Assembly: GCA_038209365.1 (NCBI GenBank)
Contig: JBBQXS010000017.1
Location: 7,111-71,110, forward strand
DNA: 64,000 nucleotides
Origin: Acidimicrobiia bacterium
GTDB taxonomy: Bacteria > Actinomycetota > Acidimicrobiia > IMCC26256 > PALSA-610
Direction of reading: 5' to 3'
Part shown: positions 7,868-15,288 of the stretch, piece by piece
Numbering within the stretch: the first letter of the stretch is position 1
Layout: each line of letters opens with the position of its first letter
The notes under the pieces: generated by a model
Told to the model about the DNA's origin: nothing
The model's input: only the letters and a program-made list of their open reading frames with translations
The model's database searches: none
Made by a program: the position numbers and the translations under genes

Positions 7868-9060
7868 CGGCGCGGGTCGATCCCGGTCTCGGCCGCGAAG
7901 ACGGCCTCGAGCCGGAACAGTTGCGGCGGCGGGAACGTGACGATCGCGTCGCGCACGACGCGGGCGAACGCGTTGCGATTCGCCGCGACGCGCCATGCCA
8001 TGCGCACGAGCTGCGTCATCAGGTCCGGCGGCGCTTCGAGCAGCACGTGCAACCACGCCTCTGCGACCGCGGGCCCGCGATCACCTTCGATGGCGTCGAC
8101 GATGGCGGTCACCCCCGTGTCGCCAATGTCGGCGGTGGCGCCGAGTCGGAGCCAGCGCGCCGCTTCCTCGCGGATGACGGCGACCCATCGTTCCTCGGCC
8201 TCGTCGCCCAAGACCGCAACGAGGTCGTCGCCCGGTGGTCCGAGCCGCGCGAGCACGGCCGCCGCCTGGTCGCGCACTGGACCCGCCTCGTGCGCACCGG
8301 CCAGCACCTGCGCCGCTGCGAGCCGGGCGCGTGGACGATCGCCTGCGGTCTCGTACGCAAGCGCGAGGTTCGCCTTCGCCATCGCGTGCGCAACCGGGCG
8401 GATGCCGACCGGATGGGCAGCGACGGCGCGCCGAAGTGTCGTGACCGCGCCGGCCGTGTCGCCGGTTGCCAGCAAGGCCAGACCCAGCGCGTTCGCCGCC
8501 TGGCCCCGCCCGGCGTCGGGGCCGGTGCGCTCGGCTCGGTCGAGCGCGTCGGACAGAACCGCCACCGCTTCGTCATGGCGACCGGACGTCATCAACGCGG
8601 CGCCCTGCTCGCGCACGGCCGCCGCGGCCTGGGCACGGACTCCTTGGCGATCGAAGGTCTCGGCCGCGAGCGCCAGGTCCGCGGCCGCGGTGTCGGCCTC
8701 GCCGAGCTGCAACCGAACCAGTCCGAGGTTGAACAGCGCCGCGGCCTGCTCGAGTGGAAGCCCGGCCAACTGAAAGGCTTCCGCGGCGTCGGCGAACGCC
8801 GCGGCACTGTCCTCGAGATGTCCGGTCGCGCGGCGGGCCGCGCCCCAGAGGTTGCGCGCCTTCGCCTGCTCCGCCGGCAGCTTCTCGAAGAGTGCGATCG
8901 CGTGGGCGAGCTCCGCCGCGGCCGCTTCCGGTTCATTGCGCTCGAGCAACATCGCCCCGAGGTGAAAACGGGCGGTCGCGTGCTGCACCGGATAACGATC
9001 CGCGGGATGGCGATCGAGCCGCCGTCGGAGCTCGGCAACGGCTTCGTCGACTGGGGGCAC
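7864..9060 (-). CDS. TPR-repeat protein
   Basis: Ala/Leu-rich helical repeats (AAAELAHAIALFEKL, AAALFNLGLVRLQLGE, ANALGLALLATGD, AKANLALAYETAG). Start uncertain: GTG at 9060 or 9084. Confidence 0.6.
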   Translation of the reverse strand: MPPVDEAVAELRRRLDRHPADRYPVQHATARFHLGAMLLERNEPEAAAAELAHAIALFEKLPAEQAKARNLWGAARRATGHLEDSAAAFADAAEAFQLAGLPLEQAAALFNLGLVRLQLGEADTAAADLALAAETFDRQGVRAQAAAAVREQGAALMTSGRHDEAVAVLSDALDRAERTGPDAGRGQAANALGLALLATGDTAGAVTTLRRAVAAHPVGIRPVAHAMAKANLALAYETAGDRPRARLAAAQVLAGAHEAGPVRDQAAAVLARLGPPGDDLVAVLGDEAEERWVAVIREEAARWLRLGATADIGDTGVTAIVDAIEGDRGPAVAEAWLHVLLEAPPDLMTQLVRMAWRVAANRNAFARVVRDAIVTFPPPQLFRLEAVFAAETGIDPRR

Positions 9061-9075
9061 CGCCGTATCGTACGG

Positions 9076-9579
9076 ATGGTGCACGCACTGGTCGCCTGCT
9101 TCGGCAACCTGCTCAGAGGCGACGACGGCTTCGGTCCCGCGGTCGCGGCACGCCTGCTGGAACAGGGCCTGCCACCCGGCGTCAGCGTGCTCGACGTGGG
9201 CATCGGTGGCATCCACCTCGTGCACGAGCTGCTCGAGCCGGTCGACGTGTTGGTCGTCGTCGACGCGGTCGCACGGGGGCGTCCTCCCGGCACGGTCCTC
9301 GTCATGCGGCCTGACGTCGTCGACGTGCATGGCCTCTCACCGACCGAACAACGCGACCAGCTGGCCGACATGCATTACGCGACGCCGGCCCGGGCCCTCA
9401 TGCTCGCGCGCGCGCTCGGGGTGCTCCCGACTGACACCTGGCTCGTCGGCTGCGAGCCGCTCGACGCGGAACGCGTCGGAGAAGGGCTTTCCGCGCCCGT
9501 GTCAAGCGCGCTCGATACGGCCGCGGCCGAGATCCACCGCGTCCTCGATGAGGCCGCTCGCGCTCGCGGCCCGAACTAA
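9076..9579 (+). CDS. hydrogenase maturation endopeptidase (HupD/HybD family)
   Basis: MVHALVACFGNLLRGDDGFGPAV canonical N-terminal motif. About 167 aa, the typical size. Confidence 0.85.
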   Translation: MVHALVACFGNLLRGDDGFGPAVAARLLEQGLPPGVSVLDVGIGGIHLVHELLEPVDVLVVVDAVARGRPPGTVLVMRPDVVDVHGLSPTEQRDQLADMHYATPARALMLARALGVLPTDTWLVGCEPLDAERVGEGLSAPVSSALDTAAAEIHRVLDEAARARGPN

Positions 9580-10127
9580 GTGCGTCGGCCCAGCGCGACC
9601 GGCGTGATCACCGGCGGCGGATGCGGCGCGGCATCGTCGAGCTCGACGTCGACGCTGCTGAAGCCGGGGAACCCGTCCCGCAGCGCGGTCTCGATCTCGT
9701 CGCGCAGCGTCTGCGCCGACGCGGTACACCCCGCGCAGGAGCCGCCCATTCGCAGCTGCACGACGCCGTCGGTGACGTCGACCACCGCCACGAACCCGCC
9801 GTGCGATTCGATGTACGGCCGGGCCGCGGCCAAGGCCGCTTCAACCTCGGCGCGCTCGTCTACACCGACGGCATAGGCGTCGAAGAGCCAGGCCACGGCC
9901 GGGTCTTCCTCGCGGAGGGCGGCCACGCGTTCGGCGCCGAGCACGTGTTCGAGACGCCGCAGCGCGAACCGGTGCAGCGCGTCGACACCGTCGAGCAGTT
10001 CGTACGCGATACCGCTCAGCTCCGGGTCCGCGTCCTCGAGGGCCGCGAGCAGCTGCTCGAGGCGCTGCAGCAGGTCGTCGAGGTCGTTCACCGTCCCAAG
10101 CTTACGTTCGCGACCCCTGCTCGCCAC
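9576..10127 (-). CDS. NifU/Nfu C-terminal-domain Fe-S scaffold-like protein
   Basis: GGFVAVVDVTDGVVQLRMGGSCAGCTAS...TL matches the Nfu CxxC domain. An alternative GTG start lies at 10091. Confidence 0.75.
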   Translation of the reverse strand: MASRGRERKLGTVNDLDDLLQRLEQLLAALEDADPELSGIAYELLDGVDALHRFALRRLEHVLGAERVAALREEDPAVAWLFDAYAVGVDERAEVEAALAAARPYIESHGGFVAVVDVTDGVVQLRMGGSCAGCTASAQTLRDEIETALRDGFPGFSSVDVELDDAAPHPPPVITPVALGRRT

Positions 10128-10203
10128 CTGTCACTAGATGTAAGGTGCATTCACGGTCCACCCTTGCAGCCGAGTGCTCGAGAGCGCTCAGGGGAGGCGT
10201 GTC

Positions 10204-10452
10204 GTGAGTGGTTGGGTACTCGCCTGGATCATCGGCGCCGCCGTCGTCGTCGTGGTGGTCACGCTGCTCCTGTTGATGATCCGGGGCGCGGCGCGCGCCG
10301 CCGCCAAGGCGGAAGACATTCTGGCGGCGCTCGAAGAGACGCAGACCAACACCACCGCGCTGTGGAAGGTCGCACAGACGAATGATGCAGCCGCGCGGAT
10401 AGTCGCCGCCGCCGCGAAGGCCCGGCACGTGCTCGAAGGAGACGCCCGGTGA
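10204..10452 (+). CDS. small single-pass membrane protein
   Basis: GGGGAGG SD 6 nt before the GTG. TM segment WVLAWIIGAAVVVVVVTLLLLMI. Tail shares AEDIL with 2383-2637. Confidence 0.55.
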   Translation: MSGWVLAWIIGAAVVVVVVTLLLLMIRGAARAAAKAEDILAALEETQTNTTALWKVAQTNDAAARIVAAAAKARHVLEGDAR

Positions 10453-10709
10453 GTACGAACGCCTACTGGGGCATCACGCTCCTGCTCGGTCTGGTTGTTG
10501 CGGTGGTGGCGGTCGTGCTGCTCGAGATCTTCCTGCGCCAGGTCCGTCGCATCGAGCGAGGAGCCGATGCCATCTGGACCACCGGCAAGCTCGTCGCGCA
10601 GAACACTGCAACGACGTGGCTGCTGGCCGAGACCGGGAACCGCCTCGACGCATTGATCGACGAGGCGGGCCGTCACGTCGAGCTCCTCACCTCCGGGGAG
10701 GAACGCTGA
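10449..10709 (+). CDS. small single-pass membrane protein
   Basis: GTG start overlaps the upstream stop. TM segment WGITLLLGLVVAVVAVVLL followed by a helical tail. Confidence 0.6.
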   Translation: MSTNAYWGITLLLGLVVAVVAVVLLEIFLRQVRRIERGADAIWTTGKLVAQNTATTWLLAETGNRLDALIDEAGRHVELLTSGEER

Positions 10710-10972
10710 TGCGCGAGCTGCTCATCGCGGGATCGCTGGTCGAGATCGCTCTCGTGGTCCTCGTCCTCGCCGTGTACCTCGTCCGCATCGCGCGGTCGCT
10801 CCGGTCGACGGCCGCCGCCTTGGCGAAGGTGAGCTTCGGCGTGCGTGCCATCGAAACCCAGTGTGCGCCGATCGGCCCGAGCGTCGTGCGCATCAACGGA
10901 CAGCTCGAGATCGTCGCGGGCGCCTTGGAGAAACTCGCGGTGCTGGCCGACGGGGCAGGCAGTCGTGCCTGA
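10709..10972 (+). CDS. small single-pass membrane protein, paralog of 2644-2922
   Basis: TGATG overlap with the upstream gene, a TM helix, and the conserved KVSFGVRAIE..APIG block. Confidence 0.7.
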   Translation: MRELLIAGSLVEIALVVLVLAVYLVRIARSLRSTAAALAKVSFGVRAIETQCAPIGPSVVRINGQLEIVAGALEKLAVLADGAGSRA

Positions 10973-11366
10973 CGTCTCGCCCCCCAAGTCGGCCGCGCTG
11001 CGTGCCATGTACTGGCGCAGCGAAATCCTTCAGGTCATGTACTGGCTCCAAGGTGAAGGGCTCGGTGACGTCGTCGACGCGCCGTTGCTCGAGCGCTTCC
11101 TCGGCGTCGACGCATCCAACGGCGTCACGTATCTCGACCGTCTCGTCGTCGAGGGCTACCTCATCCGCCAGGGTGAGTGGTACGCGTTGTCCGACACCGG
11201 TATGGCGGAGGGCGCGACCGAATTCGCGATGGCCTTCTCGGATCTGACGCGACCCGCGCACGGTGAATGCAGCGACGACTGCTGGTGCCACGCCTCGGTC
11301 GAAGAAGCCGAAGCGTGTCTCGCGGGCCGCCAACATGATCATCACCACGACGGCCACGACCACTAA
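10965..11366 (+). CDS. winged-helix-like protein with Cys cluster and His-rich C-terminal tail (putative metal-binding)
   Basis: GTG overlaps the upstream stop by 8 nt. HGECSDDCWCH...C motif. C-terminus is QHDHHHDGHDH. Confidence 0.6.
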   Translation: MPDVSPPKSAALRAMYWRSEILQVMYWLQGEGLGDVVDAPLLERFLGVDASNGVTYLDRLVVEGYLIRQGEWYALSDTGMAEGATEFAMAFSDLTRPAHGECSDDCWCHASVEEAEACLAGRQHDHHHDGHDH

Positions 11367-11716
11367 TGCGCATCGTCGACAGCACCGTTCTGCCGAGAGC
11401 CCATCTGCGCGTGGTGCTGCTTTTGCTCTTGCGCGCCGGCTCCTCCCATGGCTACGACCTCCTCGAAGAGACGCGTCGTCTCGGGATGCGCACCGCGGAA
11501 GCAGCCGGTGTGTATCGCACGCTGCGCGCGCTCGAGCTCGACAACTGCGTGACGTCGTGGTGGGAACCGTCGCAGTCGGGGCCGGCGCGCCGCACGTACG
11601 CGATCACGCCCGCAGGTGAGTTCGCATTGGCGGAAGGGATACAAGAGCTCGACGGGCTGCGGCGGTCGCTCAACCGGCTGCTCGCCCGCTATCGCGACAT
11701 GGACCGGGACGGGTGA
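11366..11716 (+). CDS. PadR-family transcriptional regulator
   Basis: LLLLLRAGSSHGYDLLEE...GVYRTLRALELDNCVTSWWE...RRTYAITPAGE is the typical PadR wHTH. TAATG overlap with the upstream gene. Confidence 0.85.
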   Translation: MRIVDSTVLPRAHLRVVLLLLLRAGSSHGYDLLEETRRLGMRTAEAAGVYRTLRALELDNCVTSWWEPSQSGPARRTYAITPAGEFALAEGIQELDGLRRSLNRLLARYRDMDRDG

Positions 11717-12471
11717 GGGTTGCCGTCGCCGGGAAGGGCGGCGCCGGCAAGACAACGATCGCGGCAACGGCAGCGCGTTTGGGTGCTCGCTCCGGTCGTC
11801 CGGTTGTCGCCGTCGACGCCGATAGCAACCCGAACCTCGCGGTCGCGCTCGGTGCCGGCGCGCCCGGGGTTGCGGTTGTGACGCCGAGTCTTCCGCCGTC
11901 GCTCGTGTCACGGCGCCTCGACCGGACGGGCTTCGTGTGTCCGCTCGACGCGGTGCTCGCGGAGTACGCGATCTCCGCGCCCGACGGGGTGCGGTTGGTT
12001 GCGATGGGCGCGCCGGGCCACGCCGAGGAGGGATGCCTGTGCTCCGCCCATGCGGTGGTGAGCACGCTGCTCGCGGCGCTCGGCGAGCGACCCGACACGC
12101 TCACGGTCGTCGATATGGAAGCGTCGCCCGAGCACTTGAGTCGAGGCACCGCCCGTCACGCCGACGTGCTGCTGCTTGTCGCCGAGCCCTACTACCGCGC
12201 GCTCGAAGCGGTCGGTCGGCTGGCCGACCTCGCCCGCGAACTTCCGATCGCGCGCGTGGCGGTGGTCGCGAACAAGGTTCGTTCCGAAGACGACGACGCG
12301 GCAATCTCCGCCTATTGCGATCGACACGGGTTGGAACACGTCGCCACCATTGCGTGGAGCGAGGATGCGATGGCCGCCGATCGTGCCGGTCGGAGCGTGC
12401 TCGACACTGCGCCAGACGGCGCCCTGGTGCGCTCGGTCGACGAACTGCTCACGTGCATCGCGGGCCGCTGA
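11713..12471 (+). CDS. CooC/MinD-family P-loop NTPase with CxC motif
   Basis: VAVAGKGGAGKTT, VDADSNPNL, EEGCLCSAH, VDMEASPEHL, VVANKV. GTGA overlap with padR. Confidence 0.85.
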   Translation: MRVAVAGKGGAGKTTIAATAARLGARSGRPVVAVDADSNPNLAVALGAGAPGVAVVTPSLPPSLVSRRLDRTGFVCPLDAVLAEYAISAPDGVRLVAMGAPGHAEEGCLCSAHAVVSTLLAALGERPDTLTVVDMEASPEHLSRGTARHADVLLLVAEPYYRALEAVGRLADLARELPIARVAVVANKVRSEDDDAAISAYCDRHGLEHVATIAWSEDAMAADRAGRSVLDTAPDGALVRSVDELLTCIAGR

Positions 12472-12472
12472 C

Positions 12473-12745
12473 ATGTGCCTCGGCATCCCCGGCCAGATCG
12501 TCGAGATCATCGACCCGGCCCTGCACCGCGCCGTGCTCGATGTCGAAGGCGTACGCCGGGAAGTGAACATCGGCCTGCTCGTCGACGACACCGACCCGGT
12601 CGCGGTGGGCGATTGGGTGCTCGTGCACGTGGGGTTCGCGATGGCGAAGATCGACGCCGACGAGGCCGCCCGTACCCTCGCCTTCGTGCGCGAGCTCGAG
12701 GAGTTCATCGACGAGATCGATCTCATGGATGGCGGAACTGCGTGA
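12473..12745 (+). CDS. hypC: hydrogenase maturation chaperone HypC/HupF
   Basis: MCLGIPGQIVEI N-terminus and VGDWVLVHVGFAM core. Confidence 0.92.
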   Translation: MCLGIPGQIVEIIDPALHRAVLDVEGVRREVNIGLLVDDTDPVAVGDWVLVHVGFAMAKIDADEAARTLAFVRELEEFIDEIDLMDGGTA

Positions 12746-13890
12746 GGTTCGTCGACGAGTACCGCGATCCGGTCGCGGCACGCGCGACATTGGCCGAGAT
12801 CGAGCGACTCGCCGCTGAGCAGCCGGCGCGCGCGTTCATGGAAGTGTGCGGAGGGCACACCCACACCATCTACCGCCACGGCATCGAACATCTCCTGCCG
12901 GCGTCGGTCGAGCTGGTGCACGGTCCCGGGTGCCCGGTCTGTGTGATCCCGATGGGCCGCATCGACGACGCCATCGCAGTTGCCCACCAGCCTGGCGTGA
13001 TCTTCACCTGCTTCGGCGACATGCTGCGCGTGCCCGGCTCCAACGGGAGCCTTCTGCGCGCAAAGGCGAAGGGTGCCGACGTCCGGGTCGTGTACTCGCC
13101 GCTCGACGCGCTTCGCCTGGCCGGTGAACATCCGGATCGGCCGGTGGTTTTCTTCGCGGTCGGGTTCGAGACCACCGCCCCGTCGACCGCGCTGACGCTT
13201 CGTCGCGCGCGCGAATTAGGGACGCATAACTTCTCCGTCTTCTGCAACCACGTCACGATCGTCCCGCCGCTGAAGGCGATCCTCGACTCCCCCGACCTCC
13301 GACTCGACGGCTTCCTCGGGCCCGGACACGTGTCGACGGTCATCGGCAACCGGCCGTATCGGTTCGTGCCCGAGCGGTACGGCAAGCCGCTGGTGACGAC
13401 CGGTTTCGAGCCCCTCGACATCCTCCAGGCGATCGTGATGCTCCTGTGCCAGCTGCGTGACGGGCGGTGCGAGGTCGAGAACCAATACACGCGGGTGGTG
13501 CGGGACGAAGGAAACCCGCGCGCGCTCGAGGTCATCAGGGAGGTCTTCGAGCTGCGACCCCATTTCGAGTGGCGCGGCTTGGGCTTCATCAGCCAGAGCG
13601 CGTTGAAGCTCCGCGCCGAGTTCGCGCCCTGGGACGCGGAGGTCGCGTTCGACGTCCCCGGTGTGCGCGTCGCGGACCCCAAGGCGTGTCAGTGCGGCGA
13701 GGTCTTGAAGGGCGTGCTCAAGCCATGGCAGTGCAAGGTGTTCGGAACCGCCTGTACGCCGGAAACGCCGATCGGCACGTGCATGGTCTCCTCCGAAGGT
13801 GCATGCGCGGCGTACTACAACTTCGGTCGTCGCATCCCGACTCGTTCGACCCGCGTCGGTGTCGCACGCTCGGCCATCGCTGACCGTTAA
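12742..13890 (+). CDS. hypD: hydrogenase maturation protein HypD
   Basis: CGGHTH, GPGCPVCV, FETTAP, GPGHVS, PxHVSxxxG-type blocks and C-terminal ...SSEGACAAYY. GTGA overlap with hypC. Confidence 0.95.
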   Translation: MRFVDEYRDPVAARATLAEIERLAAEQPARAFMEVCGGHTHTIYRHGIEHLLPASVELVHGPGCPVCVIPMGRIDDAIAVAHQPGVIFTCFGDMLRVPGSNGSLLRAKAKGADVRVVYSPLDALRLAGEHPDRPVVFFAVGFETTAPSTALTLRRARELGTHNFSVFCNHVTIVPPLKAILDSPDLRLDGFLGPGHVSTVIGNRPYRFVPERYGKPLVTTGFEPLDILQAIVMLLCQLRDGRCEVENQYTRVVRDEGNPRALEVIREVFELRPHFEWRGLGFISQSALKLRAEFAPWDAEVAFDVPGVRVADPKACQCGEVLKGVLKPWQCKVFGTACTPETPIGTCMVSSEGACAAYYNFGRRIPTRSTRVGVARSAIADR

Positions 13891-13892
13891 CG

Positions 13893-14642
13893 ATGTCCGC
13901 CGCGCCGTTCGTCGATGCCTCGGGCCTCGACATCGACGCGGCGCAGGGTCGCGACCTTGCCTCCGCGTCGTTCTCACTGGCGCGCCGCTTCGCGGCCGGC
14001 GCGACGATGTGGTGCATCGCGCCGGCATGGCCGCAGCACGCGCGTCATGTTGCAGTCGAGTTCGTGCATCCCGTGACCATCGGCAAACGCGCCCTTGCGG
14101 CCGTGGCCGTCACGGGCCCGCAGCCGGTAGCGGAGTTGCGATCGGTTGTCCGGGCCGGCGACGTCTTGTGCGCGATCTCTACCGCCGACGAATCGATCGT
14201 CGTCGACGCTCTACGTCGCGCCCCCGCGTGGGGTCTCGAGACACTCTGGATCGGCTGCGGCCCCACTCAACCGCGAGCCGGTGCCGCCGGCCATGTGTTG
14301 TGGGTCGACGACCGTGACGGACGTGCCCCGTACGACGGCAGCATCGTGCTGCGCTACCACGTGTTGTGGGAGCTCACGCATGTGTGCATCGACCACCCCG
14401 GGCTCATGCGCCCGCAAGCCGAAGCCGCAGACGGGGCCGATACCTGCATCACCTGCTCGGACGAGGGCAGCATCGGCGAGGTCGTCGACGGCGTTGCGGA
14501 CGGCGACGCGAGAGTACGCACGCCGCGCGGAGTCGAGGTGATCGACGTCACGCTTGTGGCCCCGGTGCGAGGCGGAGATCTCCTCCTCCTGCACGCGGGC
14601 GTCGCAATCACGCGGATCGAATCGGAGCACGCCGGTGGCTGA
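13893..14642 (+). CDS. degenerate SIS-like domain fused to a HypC-like OB domain
   Basis: The N-terminal half parallels GmhA-type SIS, but GNGGS is replaced by APAWP; GDVLCAISTADES is retained. The C-terminal CITCSDEGSIGEVV...GGDLLLLHAGVAI resembles HypC. Confidence 0.65.
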   Translation: MSAAPFVDASGLDIDAAQGRDLASASFSLARRFAAGATMWCIAPAWPQHARHVAVEFVHPVTIGKRALAAVAVTGPQPVAELRSVVRAGDVLCAISTADESIVVDALRRAPAWGLETLWIGCGPTQPRAGAAGHVLWVDDRDGRAPYDGSIVLRYHVLWELTHVCIDHPGLMRPQAEAADGADTCITCSDEGSIGEVVDGVADGDARVRTPRGVEVIDVTLVAPVRGGDLLLLHAGVAITRIESEHAGG

Positions 14643-15288
14643 AGGAACGGACTTTCTGTATCCCTTCATCGACGGTGACGAGCGCGATGCCGCACCGCTC
14701 CTCGCGGATCTCGCGGCGTCAGCGCGCGTCAAGTCGGCCGAGAGCAGGCGTACCCGTACGCGCGACATCGAGGGCAACGAGGAGACGCTGGCCGCGGCCG
14801 CACGGGCGATGGCCGACCGCTTCGTAGCGAACGGCCGACTGTTCACCTTCGGCGACGGCGGCAGCTCCACCGACGCTGCGCTGCTCGCAAACCTGTTCGC
14901 CGATCCCATCTCCGGGCCGTCGCTGCCCGCGCGTTGCCTCGTGGAGGACCCCGCAGTGATCACCGCACTCGGCAACGACGTCGGCTTCGAGCTCGTGTTC
15001 TCGCGGCAGCTCATCGCGCACGGACACGCCGGCGACATTGCGCTGGGCTTTTCCACGAGCGGCAACTCCCCCAACCTGTTGCACGCGTTCGCCGAAGCGC
15101 GCGGGCGCGGAATGCTCACAATCGGATTGAGCGGCTACGACGGCGGGGGGATGCGCGAAGCTCTCGACCACTGTCTGATCGTCGGTTCCGACAGTGTGCA
15201 CCGGATCCAGGAGACCCAGGCCGCGATCGGCCTCGCACTGTGGAAGCGCGTGCAATCCCTGCTGCCTTCGGCGGCGCGTGATGGCTGA
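14635..15288 (+). CDS. SIS-domain (GmhA/phosphoheptose-isomerase-like) protein
   Basis: FGDGGSSTDAA, ALGNDVGFELVFSRQL, GDIALGFSTSGNSPN, IGLSGYDGG. 8-nt overlaps with both neighbours. Confidence 0.8.
   Translation: MAEGTDFLYPFIDGDERDAAPLLADLAASARVKSAESRRTRTRDIEGNEETLAAAARAMADRFVANGRLFTFGDGGSSTDAALLANLFADPISGPSLPARCLVEDPAVITALGNDVGFELVFSRQLIAHGHAGDIALGFSTSGNSPNLLHAFAEARGRGMLTIGLSGYDGGGMREALDHCLIVGSDSVHRIQETQAAIGLALWKRVQSLLPSAARDG

Noticed and set aside
6860-8773. 637-aa plus-strand ORF spanning the BPL-like and TPR genes.
   Set aside because: It is Ser/Arg/Ala-rich and low-complexity. The minus-strand frames carry TPR and ligase-like motifs and a coupled ATGA junction.
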